Assembly: GCA_038108555.1 (NCBI GenBank)
Contig: JAYNIA010000003.1
Span: 60,088-124,087, forward strand
From: Nitrospinota bacterium
GTDB taxonomy: Bacteria > Nitrospinota > Nitrospinia > Nitrospinales > VA-1
Length of the DNA: 64,000 nucleotides
Direction: 5' to 3'
Shown here: piece by piece, positions 1-8,078 of the stretch
Position numbering within the stretch: position 1 is the first letter of the stretch
How the letters are laid out: each line of letters starts with the position of its first letter
Made by a program: the position numbers and the translations under genes
The notes under the pieces: generated by a model
Database searches by the model: none
What the model was told of the DNA's origin: nothing
The model's input: the letters and a program-made list of their open reading frames with translations, nothing else

Positions 1-4
1 TTGT

Positions 5-51
5 CAGGGGGGAAATATTCTTCCCCCCTGTTAAGGGGGAATGAGGGGGTT
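5..51. repeat. GC-rich hairpin / REP-like element, copy 1
   Basis: Perfect 10-bp inverted repeat CAGGGGGGAA (5-14) / TTCCCCCCTG (21-30). The overlapping 28-mer CCCCCTGTTAAGGGGGAATGAGGGGGTT (24-51) recurs at 1507-1534, 25/28 identical by eye. Confidence 0.6.
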
Positions 52-162
52 GCTTATTATGCCTGATTAAATAAAAAATAGGGGAAGGAAAAAAATCCGA
101 AATTCATGAATACTGCTACCCGTTCATTTGATACTTCTTACAGCCTTCACCAAGCAGAGTGG

Positions 163-876
163 TCAGCTCTTTATGTCTAAAAGCGAACCAATCATTTCAT
201 CGTTGGCTTTGATAACGTTGACATTGGCCTTGAATGCCGCCTTGGAAACAATCTGGTCGACCATTTCTTCAGCAATGTCTACATTGGAGCCTTCGAGGAA
301 ACCAGAAAGAACATTCCCATTTCCGCCTGCGCCCGGTGCACCTACAACCGGTGCCCCCGATGCTGCTGATTCGTTCAGCAGGTTGCCACCAGCTGCACTC
401 AGTCCGCTTGGATTCTGAAAACTAGCTAGTTGAATCTGGCCGGCAACGATCGGTCCGTCTGGCGTCTGCGCAGAGACTCCACCATCAGAAGAGACACTGA
501 TTCCATTATTGTTCACGGGAATATTAATTTGCGGGATCAATGCATTACCGCTGGAATCCACCACTTGGCCCGCACCGTCCAAATTGAAACTCCCCGAGCG
601 GGTAAAACTGGTACCACCGTTCGGATTGGCAATCTGGAAAAATCCATTCCCCTCAATCGCAAGATCTAAAGGATTGTTGGTGGGAATCAATCCGCCCTGG
701 GTATTTACTTTGGAAATAGAATTTACCCTTGTACCGCCGGCTTTGTTATCTACGCTGTTAACCTGGCCTTTTTTGAAGCCAGAGGTCTGTACATTGGAAA
801 GGTTGTTTGCACTGTTTTGTAGTCGTTTCGATGCATTGTTTAATCCTGTTAACGCACTGAATGTAGGACCTAGCAT
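163..876 (-). CDS. flagellar basal-body rod protein, FlgG/FlgF family (237 aa)
   Basis: N-terminal rod motif LQNSANNLSNVQTSGFKK, central EGNGFFQ, and C-terminal LEGSNVDIAEEMVDQIVSKAAFKANVNVIKANDEMIGSLLDI, all typical of the rod/hook family. AAGGAGGG RBS lies just upstream of the ATG. Confidence 0.75.
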   Translation of the reverse strand: MLGPTFSALTGLNNASKRLQNSANNLSNVQTSGFKKGQVNSVDNKAGGTRVNSISKVNTQGGLIPTNNPLDLAIEGNGFFQIANPNGGTSFTRSGSFNLDGAGQVVDSSGNALIPQINIPVNNNGISVSSDGGVSAQTPDGPIVAGQIQLASFQNPSGLSAAGGNLLNESAASGAPVVGAPGAGGNGNVLSGFLEGSNVDIAEEMVDQIVSKAAFKANVNVIKANDEMIGSLLDIKS

Positions 877-892
877 ATTGCTACCCTCCTTC

Positions 893-1399
893 TCAGGAAT
901 ATAAGAACGTATCTTCCAAATTAGGTTCGATTGGTTTTCTTAGTGGAACTAATGAAAAACTCATCGCTGTTTCATCACAATTATCCTGATGCAGACATTG
1001 CTTGCAATCGTTCCAGACCTTTTGTGGCAAGTCTTCTTTATTTATGATTTGAAAACCCAGCTTTTCAAATAATGGAATCGCATAAGTGAGAACAAAAACC
1101 GTATCGCAATTGGGATTCAACAGCGCCTGCTCAATGCATTCCTTGACCATCTGCGTGGCGATGCCCTGACGATGGTAACGCGGGTCCACACCGAGAGAAC
1201 GGATTTCTACCAGATTGTCCCAACCGTATTTCAAGTTGCAGATGCCAATGATCTCCTCTGATTTTTCATAGACTCGGAAATCGGCAATGTTCTGTAAAAT
1301 TTCATCCAAAGGACGAAACAACATTTTGCCATCTTCAGAATAAAAACAGATCAGGTTTTGAATGGCCTGGGCATCTTCAAGCTTAGCTTCACGTAACAT
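893..1399 (-). CDS. GNAT N-acetyltransferase (short ArgA-like amino-acid N-acetyltransferase type)
   Basis: GNAT core EIRSLGVDPRYHRQGIATQMV. C-terminal LPQKVWNDCKQCLHQDNCDETAM tail is typical of the short ArgA-like GNAT family. Stop is 17 nt upstream of the flgG-like start. Confidence 0.75.
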   Translation of the reverse strand: MLREAKLEDAQAIQNLICFYSEDGKMLFRPLDEILQNIADFRVYEKSEEIIGICNLKYGWDNLVEIRSLGVDPRYHRQGIATQMVKECIEQALLNPNCDTVFVLTYAIPLFEKLGFQIINKEDLPQKVWNDCKQCLHQDNCDETAMSFSLVPLRKPIEPNLEDTFLYS

Positions 1400-1506
1400 T
1401 TAAAAATACCAATCCTTCTAAAAGTTTCAATAGGTTACCCGCTGGTAATTCCTTAGTATCGACGAGTTGACTCATTTAGTCAAGTAAACAGGAAAATCCA
1501 AAAAGT

Positions 1507-1534
1507 CCCCCTGTTAAGGAGGATTTAGGGGGTT
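1507..1534. repeat. GC-rich REP-like element, copy 2
   Basis: CCCCCTGTTAAGGAGGATTTAGGGGGTT, 25/28 identical to 24-51. Intergenic, about 60 nt downstream of the stop of the 1594-2160 gene. Confidence 0.6.
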
Positions 1535-1593
1535 TTAAATTGCGACCTCTTTCTGGTTGAAAAATCGCCTTATAGCAAATTGCCGACTGAATA

Positions 1594-2160
1594 TTAGCCC
1601 ACTCTATTGAGAGTATTTTTATCCGTGTGGTGGAAAAGGTTGGGATTGCCTTTGATCTGGATTTGTGTGTCCTGGTCGTAGCTGAAACTGTCGTTGTTAT
1701 GAATGGTGATTTTCATTTCAAAACGAACAGTTTTGAATTCTTCATCAAGAAATTTATTGGAACAGATTCCATAAGTTTCCGATCCCACATCCGCAGCGAG
1801 ATCAAACTCTTTCGCATCAGGTTCGACAGTGCCACCTGCAATGATGGAAACGTCACGCGGAACGATGGTGCAGCGCATTGCCTGTTTGTTTTCCGGGTCC
1901 CAAAGGTAGTAGCCGCGGTCTTCATGAAAAGCATCGCCGGTTTCTATTCGGTAAGCAGTCAGGGAATATCGCAGTCCATAAAGGGTCTGCTCATGATTAT
2001 TGACAGGGCCCATCGGCTCGAAAATCATTTCTTCACGGAACTTGTTGTTCTCTTCACTTTTTTTATCATCATCGGGAGCAACGTCATAACCCTTGTCGCC
2101 TTCCCATTTACAGGCGAGGGGGGCAAGTGGACCCAGATTTTTTAAAATTTCTTCAGACAT
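1594..2160 (-). CDS. nitrobindin/THAP4-like heme-binding beta-barrel (DUF1794-like) protein
   Basis: 188 aa. Pattern W.G.KGYDV...EEMIFEP....L.Y........G...HED.GYYLWDP resembles the FABP-like/nitrobindin family. Recognised by eye only. Confidence 0.5.
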   Translation of the reverse strand: MSEEILKNLGPLAPLACKWEGDKGYDVAPDDDKKSEENNKFREEMIFEPMGPVNNHEQTLYGLRYSLTAYRIETGDAFHEDRGYYLWDPENKQAMRCTIVPRDVSIIAGGTVEPDAKEFDLAADVGSETYGICSNKFLDEEFKTVRFEMKITIHNNDSFSYDQDTQIQIKGNPNLFHHTDKNTLNRVG

Positions 2161-2344
2161 AGCTCACTCCTTAAATTGACAAAATTTATTTGAGAACAGG
2201 TTTTAATTGGAAGACGGAAGGATAACGAATTATTTAATTAGGCGCAAGCCCACTTCGGGGGATGAATTATTTGCTTTAACCGTAAAGGGGCAACGGTACC
2301 CCGTGGTTTTTGAATTAACCTATTGGAACCCGCCCCTTGGTGGG

Positions 2345-3067
2345 CTAGTGGACAAGCTGGTCTTTGAGCTGGTCGATGAGGAGGATGTTGTTGATGGAGA
2401 TGGCGACTTTATCTGCCATGCGCTCGAGAAACTCGGTACCCAGACCTTCATGAAAATGAAACGCGTTGGGGCTACCAAAAGCAATGACACCCACCAAAGA
2501 ATCCTGGGCAACAATGGGGATGAGTGCTTCGGACTTGATAGGGTCGGAAACAAAAACTTCCGACTCTTCTATTTCACCGCGAAGGACCGGCTTGAGGTTG
2601 CCTTGCAACCAGTTTGAAGCAGTGTCTTTGGAAATGAATTTTACAGATTCGTCGAGCTCACCGTTATAGCGTTCGCGTAAACGGTCTTCCATGAAATGAT
2701 CGGATCCCTGAACGAGACAGACGGTCACACTTGGAATTCCAAACCGGTTGGGAATTTCCTGTCTTAACTGGTTGACCATTTGGTCCAAGTTGGTACTGGT
2801 CAACACCAGTTGTTCTATTTCGTATAAATGGTCTTGAATTTTTTCGTTGGCGCGTGAGATTTCGAACAACCACTTCAATTTACTTTTCAGATGTTCTTTA
2901 TCATCGTGCACCCTTTTGATAATTCGATCGGCTAGGCTCAAAGTGCTCATCGGCTCAATGGGAAGGTCTTCTTCTTTAATCTCTTTGATCTTTCTTAAAA
3001 GCTCGGGGTATTCGTTAAAAAATTCCGGGTGCTCATTGAGATAAATCGCAACTTGATCCTTATTCAT
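2345..3067 (-). CDS. DUF484 (YigA-like) GAF-type protein
   Basis: N-terminus VAIYLNEHPEFFNEYPELL is the hallmark of DUF484. The C-terminal half is GAF-like. Confidence 0.6.
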   Translation of the reverse strand: MNKDQVAIYLNEHPEFFNEYPELLRKIKEIKEEDLPIEPMSTLSLADRIIKRVHDDKEHLKSKLKWLFEISRANEKIQDHLYEIEQLVLTSTNLDQMVNQLRQEIPNRFGIPSVTVCLVQGSDHFMEDRLRERYNGELDESVKFISKDTASNWLQGNLKPVLRGEIEESEVFVSDPIKSEALIPIVAQDSLVGVIAFGSPNAFHFHEGLGTEFLERMADKVAISINNILLIDQLKDQLVH

Positions 3068-3224
3068 TTTAATTCCTTTAAGTAATTGATATCTTTATAT
3101 AAACAGGAATGCAATATACCACAAAGGAAGAGCCTTTAAAAGCTATAATATCAACAAATTCAATAGTTTGTGCAGGGCTCAGGATTCTTCATAAGGAGAC
3201 AAATTTGCCTCCCACTCCAGTAGG

Positions 3225-3341
3225 CTATACCCGGGCTTCTTTTGGAGGATCTTCAGGGGGTTTTGGGGGGGCTTTATGACCACAACCGGCAAGGCCGGTT
3301 CCAAGAATAAAAATTAAAAGAACGAAAAATACTTTCTGCAT
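3225..3341 (-). CDS. small lipoprotein, LptM/YifL-like (38 aa, below the ORF-track cutoff)
   Basis: Own translation: MQKVFFVLLIFILGTGLAGCGHKAPPKPPEDPPKEARV. It has a signal peptide plus lipobox LAGC followed by a G.K.P-rich tail. The ATG overlaps the argH stop (TAATG). It is followed by a DUF484 gene, comparable to E. coli yifL-dapF-yigA. Confidence 0.55.
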   Translation of the reverse strand: MQKVFFVLLIFILGTGLAGCGHKAPPKPPEDPPKEARV

Positions 3342-4741
3342 TATTTTAGCTTTCTGTTGAGGCGAGTGATTTGAGCACGAACCTGTTTTTTCGCCGTTCC
3401 CCCGTAAACATTTTTCCGATCCACCGAGTTATTAAGGGCAATATGGTCAAAAACATCTTCATCAAACCGTTTGGAAATTTTTCGCAGCTGAGCTAAAGAA
3501 ACGTCAGATAGTGTTTTACCTTTTTCCAGACAAAACGCGACTGTCTTTCCGGTAATCTCATGCGCATCGCGAAATGGGACACCTTTCAAAACCAGATAAT
3601 CTGCCAGGTCCGTTGCAGTGAGAAATCCTGAAGCCTCCAAATCTTTTTGAGGGATTGGAATGAACTTCGCGGATTTCATCATATCCGTAAAAATTCGCAG
3701 ACAAACCTTGAGGGTTTCTGCAGTATCGAAGATCGGCTCCTTGTCCTCCTGCAGATCTTTGTTATAGGCCAACGGCAATCCTTTCATCAGCGTAAGAAGA
3801 GACACCAGATTTCCAAAGACCCTTCCCGATTTTCCACGGATGAGTTCCGCTGCATCGGGATTTTTTTTCTGGGGCATGATGCTACTTCCAGTAGTAAAGG
3901 CATCGGACAATTCGAGGAATCCGAATTCGCTTGAATTCCAAATCACGACCTCTTCACAAAAACGACTGAGGTGCATCATGGCCAATGCAGATGCACTGCA
4001 GAACTCTGCTGCAAAATCGCGGTCGGCAACAGCATCCATACTGTTATGGGAAATTTCAGGAAACCCTAAAAGTTTTGCTGTGATTTTCCGGTCAATGGGA
4101 AAGTTGGTACCTGCCAGTGCTGCCGAGCCCAGGGGCATAACATTGATCCGCTTATAGGCATCGAAAAAACGTTCCTTGTCACGAAGCAGCATCTCAACAT
4201 ACGCGAGCAAATGGTGTGACAACAAAACAGGTTGCGCACGCTGCAAATGGGTATATCCCGGAATCAGATGATCGATATTTTTTTGTGCCAGCGAAACCAG
4301 AGCTTTGCACAGGCGATTGAGCTCATCTACTATGTCATCAATTTCTTTCCGGAGATAAAGACGAATATCGAGACAGACCTGGTCGTTTCGACTTCGTGCA
4401 GTATGAAGCTTTCCTGCAACCGGACCTACAATTTCCCGGAGCCGACTTTCAATATTCATATGAATATCTTCAAGACTGACACTGAATTCAAAACAGCCCT
4501 CATCGCATTCCTTCAAAATCCGCTTAAGACCTTTGATAATTTTATTGGATTCCGCCGTGGTGATGATTTTACAACGAGCCAGCATTTTGCAATGCGCGAT
4601 GCTGCCTTCAATGTCGCAATCATAAAGACGCTTATCGAAAGATATCGAAGCTGAAAAGGTTTCCATCAGCGAATCAGTCGAAATTTTGAATCGGCCGCCC
4701 CAGAGTTTTTTCTTCGGGGAAACACTTTTTTTATTTTTCAT
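3341..4741 (-). CDS. argH: argininosuccinate lyase
   Basis: 466 aa. LWGGRF N-terminus, HTARSRNDQV, and the fumarate-lyase signature GSSIMPQKKNPD. Confidence 0.95.
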   Translation of the reverse strand: MKNKKSVSPKKKLWGGRFKISTDSLMETFSASISFDKRLYDCDIEGSIAHCKMLARCKIITTAESNKIIKGLKRILKECDEGCFEFSVSLEDIHMNIESRLREIVGPVAGKLHTARSRNDQVCLDIRLYLRKEIDDIVDELNRLCKALVSLAQKNIDHLIPGYTHLQRAQPVLLSHHLLAYVEMLLRDKERFFDAYKRINVMPLGSAALAGTNFPIDRKITAKLLGFPEISHNSMDAVADRDFAAEFCSASALAMMHLSRFCEEVVIWNSSEFGFLELSDAFTTGSSIMPQKKNPDAAELIRGKSGRVFGNLVSLLTLMKGLPLAYNKDLQEDKEPIFDTAETLKVCLRIFTDMMKSAKFIPIPQKDLEASGFLTATDLADYLVLKGVPFRDAHEITGKTVAFCLEKGKTLSDVSLAQLRKISKRFDEDVFDHIALNNSVDRKNVYGGTAKKQVRAQITRLNRKLK

Positions 4742-4843
4742 TTATTTAATCCGGCGAAACATCGCAGGTTATGGGTCAATATTGATCAAGCAAAATAATG
4801 TTAAAAAAATCTTAAATTTTTTCTTATTTCCCTCAAGGCGGCA

Positions 4844-4876
4844 GCCTTGCCTCCCTCGCTAGAGGGCTGCTCGCCG
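4844..4876. repeat. tandem small GC hairpins (CAAGGC-ggca-GCCTTG; CCCTC-gcta-GAGGG)
   Basis: Read directly. The second hairpin belongs to the CCCYY-GNNA-RRGGG family also seen at 25-38, 4945-4958 and 43692-43705. Confidence 0.5.
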
Positions 4877-4944
4877 CAGGGGCAAAAATAAATTCATGAA
4901 ACTAAAAAAATTTAAAGAGGCAAAGAGAGTCAGACCTATTACCC

Positions 4945-4958
4945 CCCTCGTTAGAGGG
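4945..4958. repeat. CCCTC-gtta-GAGGG hairpin (REP-like family)
   Basis: The 14-nt hairpin and its flank (CCCTCGTTAGAGGGCTATGCGGCGG) resemble 4863-4887 (CCCTCGCTAGAGGGCTGCTCGCCGC). Confidence 0.5.
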
Positions 4959-6107
4959 CTATGCGGCGGAAGGTGGGATGAAGTCTCTTTTTTTATTCCA
5001 CTTATCTTTCTGCACAATATTAACATGGGTACCGCGAGGAACCATTTTTGCGAGAAAGTGGAGATACCAATCCTGAATATTCGGGCAACCCGCGCTACCA
5101 TTTCTCCAATCAAAATTCTTTTTGAAGAATTCGTTTACTTTACTCACATTGACGCCATGGATACCGTAACTACCCGGAACCGGTTCTCCCAGCTTTTTCA
5201 TACCCAGCCACCAGCGGCCTATTTCATGGTCTTTGTGTCCGAAGGGAATCGCCCTCACCCTCGTTTTTCCATCCACCTGTTCTTTTTTATACCAGGTGGG
5301 TTCATAAGCTTTATTTTTTATTACATATTCTCCAATAGGAGTTTCTTCTCCCGTGCGGCCAAAAATGGATTCGATCTGAAGGATTTCTTCATCGTTATAG
5401 TAAACCCGTAAGACACCGCTGTCTATGATTCCCAGGAGATACCATAATTGAGGGTCCTTATAATTGTAGGATGCTATCTTTTTTCCGTTGTATTTGAGAG
5501 TCATGAAGTTTCCTGATTTTTCATAACTCGCCTCTTTTTTGTTGTAAACCTGTTTGACGATGTATTTTAAGTTTTCTGTCACCTTGTTGTTTAAAATCAT
5601 TTGTTCAATTTGCTGGCTCAATTCAGCATTGAACTTTCTGGTTTCTTCCAGTTCAACAGAGGCAATAGACAGGTCGTTTCGAATTTGGTCCACTTCTTCC
5701 TTGGACACCAGGCCGACTTTATTTAGCCCCTGATACCAGGCCACATCGACTTTTTGCCGGGTCTGATTGTCGAGAACAACCTGGTAAACGACAACGCCAC
5801 CTAAAACGACAATCGCAATTCCCAGAGCGACCAGTTTCAATGTGTTTTTTACATTGCTGGATAAGCGGTAGCGGACAACCTCAAACTTTACTTTTTTGTC
5901 TTTCTCTTCCAGTGCACCAAATGTGGCGTCCTTGAATTTTTCCAGAAGGCGGGATTCGAGTTTTGAGAGAGGGTTGGTGCTGGTTCGGAGTTTTTCAATA
6001 ATCCAATAAAGATTTTCCCGGGTTTTGCGGTCATAACTTCCGGTAGGGTCCTTGGTACCTATCAAGTTGTACTCTGTAACGGTTAAAACCGATAGCTTGA
6101 TATCCAA
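4959..6107 (-). CDS. membrane-anchored L,D-transpeptidase (YkuD-domain) protein with novel N-terminal domain
   Basis: 382 aa. One TM (LVALGIAIVVLGGVVVYQVVL) and a coiled-coil. The C-terminal YkuD-like motif is GSYGIHGVN...NGSAGCPNI. The N-terminal ~70 aa are homologous to the N-terminus of the 6201-6752 product. Confidence 0.7.
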   Translation of the reverse strand: MDIKLSVLTVTEYNLIGTKDPTGSYDRKTRENLYWIIEKLRTSTNPLSKLESRLLEKFKDATFGALEEKDKKVKFEVVRYRLSSNVKNTLKLVALGIAIVVLGGVVVYQVVLDNQTRQKVDVAWYQGLNKVGLVSKEEVDQIRNDLSIASVELEETRKFNAELSQQIEQMILNNKVTENLKYIVKQVYNKKEASYEKSGNFMTLKYNGKKIASYNYKDPQLWYLLGIIDSGVLRVYYNDEEILQIESIFGRTGEETPIGEYVIKNKAYEPTWYKKEQVDGKTRVRAIPFGHKDHEIGRWWLGMKKLGEPVPGSYGIHGVNVSKVNEFFKKNFDWRNGSAGCPNIQDWYLHFLAKMVPRGTHVNIVQKDKWNKKRDFIPPSAA

Positions 6108-6200
6108 ATCCTTTAAACCTCAAACCAAAAAACCCGAACCTATCAGTTTCGAGCCATTTATAACGTGGGGGTTTTTAAAATAAAAAGGTGTTGAAAAAAT

Positions 6201-6752
6201 TTAGCCCGCCCTTTTGGTTATTTTACTTATCCATGGCAACGAATGAAGTTTTCTATTTCTAGGCCTTGAACAGCGGCCCTCAAACAAAGCCCCTTTTTCA
6301 ATGTTCAGGTTGGGAGAATGAATGTCACCTGAAACTTCTGCTTCTTTAGTGATTTTGACTTTATCTGTTGCCCGGATATCTCCTTTTACAACACCTTTAC
6401 ACAAAACTTCATCGGCAGCAATATTTGCAATCACCGTTGCGGCCTTTTCAATCAGAACCGATTCTGCAACTATTTCCCCGGAAAATTTACCTGCCACCTG
6501 GACTTTCCCAGGGTGATTTAATTTTTCCCTTGATTCTGTATTTTTTGGGAACAAAATGCCGAAAACCGCATTTTTAAATTTCTTATGAAGTTGTTTTTCA
6601 TCGCTGGTGCAATATTCCAACCCAATCGATAATCTTTTTATTATCCAGTGGAGTTTATCCAGTGTTTTTTTATCGTACACCCCTTCTGGATTCTTTTTAG
6701 CAAGAAATAAGAAATCTTTTTCCGCAAGAACTTTTAGTTTTATATCGGCCAT
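6201..6752 (-). CDS. bactofilin-domain protein with the same N-terminal domain as the adjacent L,D-transpeptidase
   Basis: 183 aa. The C-terminal half shows a bactofilin-type beta-helix repeat pattern (GEIVAESVLIEKAATVIANIAADEVLCKGVVKGDIRATDKVKITKEAEVSGDIHSPNLNIEKGALFEG). Confidence 0.65.
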   Translation of the reverse strand: MADIKLKVLAEKDFLFLAKKNPEGVYDKKTLDKLHWIIKRLSIGLEYCTSDEKQLHKKFKNAVFGILFPKNTESREKLNHPGKVQVAGKFSGEIVAESVLIEKAATVIANIAADEVLCKGVVKGDIRATDKVKITKEAEVSGDIHSPNLNIEKGALFEGRCSRPRNRKLHSLPWISKITKRAG

Positions 6753-6761
6753 GGGGGACGG

Positions 6762-8078
6762 TTATCCAACGCTACTGGCAATACGGCTAAACCGGCTTGC
6801 CCAGCTTCCCTGTCCCTTTTTCTGCAGAAACTGCAAAATTTCCTGGTTTGAATTGGACAAGGTGGGACAGTTTTTATTTTCTGAAATAATATTTTCTGCA
6901 ACCAGGTTTATACATTTTGATAAGGAACTGTCCTTATTATAAAACAAAGTTCCGCGGTTGTTGGTGATATTGATTATTTTATGATGCGGCACCATTCCCA
7001 CCATATGGATTCGGTCTTTGTATTCTTCAAAACGGTCCAAAGTCTCCAAGTACTCCCTTAACTGATCGAGACAATTCGAAATTTCTTTAGGGGATTGGCA
7101 TCGATTAAAAATGATTCCAAATTTCTTGTTGCTCAATATTTCTGTTACCGCCTCTTCTCCCCTTGCAGCAATCATCCTGTTGACATAAGCCTTATCCAAA
7201 CCTGTCAACCGGCCCTGCTCAAAATCCCTGTAAAAATCTTCGTAATAATCTATGAAAGAATGCAAAGCATCAATGCTTCCATTGACTGCAATACTATTGC
7301 TCATATCGAATATGAACAGGACCTGATCGATAGAGTTCATCAACGAGGATAAATGGTTCACGCCTCCCGCCGGAGTATCAAGGACGACATACTTGAATCG
7401 GTTAACAATTTCGTTAACAAATTCCAGAAATAGAAGGAGGAATGCCGGCTCATTAATTCGTTTCCGGTGGCTTCTTTTACCCAGGATTGGCACCTCCCCT
7501 CCCAGCAGGGAAAATTTGTACTCTTCTATATAATTAATAAATTCATCAGCCACGGGACGGGAATTGTTTTCATGTTCCTTTAAAACCTCTTTGAACTTAT
7601 CCATGTTTATCTTTTTCAAGAGAGGTTTAAGTACCTTGATCTGGTCTACGGAATGAATTTGACCGCGTTCGAGGAAAAACTCCTGCAATAGATTTCCGAA
7701 ATCAAATTCTGAAAAATGGAATAATTCAATATTCAAATTCTTATAGAGAGCCAGGCTTTTTTGTAACTGCTCATTATCCGCCTCAATATCCTTTTCCAGA
7801 TAAGCTTCGAACAAGGAAAGGATTCTGTAAATAGACTGAAGAAAATCGACCTGATAGGTTTTGTTAGCCAGTGTTTCGAACAAGTCGTAAAAGGTTTTTC
7901 GGGGATGGCTTTCCAGAATACTCGAAATAGTGGGAAGGCGTAAGTCCAGATCAAACAGACAGACGCTGTCATGGTCCAAAGTCTCGCCCAGCATGCGTGT
8001 CAACGCTGCGGTCGTATTAATCGACAACGTTGTTTTTCCTATTCCGCCTTTTGGACCGATGATTGAAATTACCGGCAT
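6762..8078 (-). CDS. orphan ParA/MinD-family P-loop ATPase with large insertion
   Basis: 438 aa. The deviant Walker A is GPKGGIGKTT at residues 8-17. The Walker B-like VVLDTPAG sits at about residue 231, against about residue 119 in the canonical ParA of this window. It starts immediately after the rsmI stop. Confidence 0.7.
   Translation of the reverse strand: MPVISIIGPKGGIGKTTLSINTTAALTRMLGETLDHDSVCLFDLDLRLPTISSILESHPRKTFYDLFETLANKTYQVDFLQSIYRILSLFEAYLEKDIEADNEQLQKSLALYKNLNIELFHFSEFDFGNLLQEFFLERGQIHSVDQIKVLKPLLKKINMDKFKEVLKEHENNSRPVADEFINYIEEYKFSLLGGEVPILGKRSHRKRINEPAFLLLFLEFVNEIVNRFKYVVLDTPAGGVNHLSSLMNSIDQVLFIFDMSNSIAVNGSIDALHSFIDYYEDFYRDFEQGRLTGLDKAYVNRMIAARGEEAVTEILSNKKFGIIFNRCQSPKEISNCLDQLREYLETLDRFEEYKDRIHMVGMVPHHKIINITNNRGTLFYNKDSSLSKCINLVAENIISENKNCPTLSNSNQEILQFLQKKGQGSWASRFSRIASSVG

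Noticed and set aside
1627-2145. 172-aa plus-strand ORF antisense to the nitrobindin-like gene
   Set aside because: It is an almost exact mirror of a well-supported minus-strand gene, has no RBS and has an odd composition. This is a typical shadow ORF.
4896-5411. 171-aa plus-strand ORF antisense to the L,D-transpeptidase gene
   Set aside because: It is a shadow ORF. The opposite frame carries the conserved YkuD-type motif.
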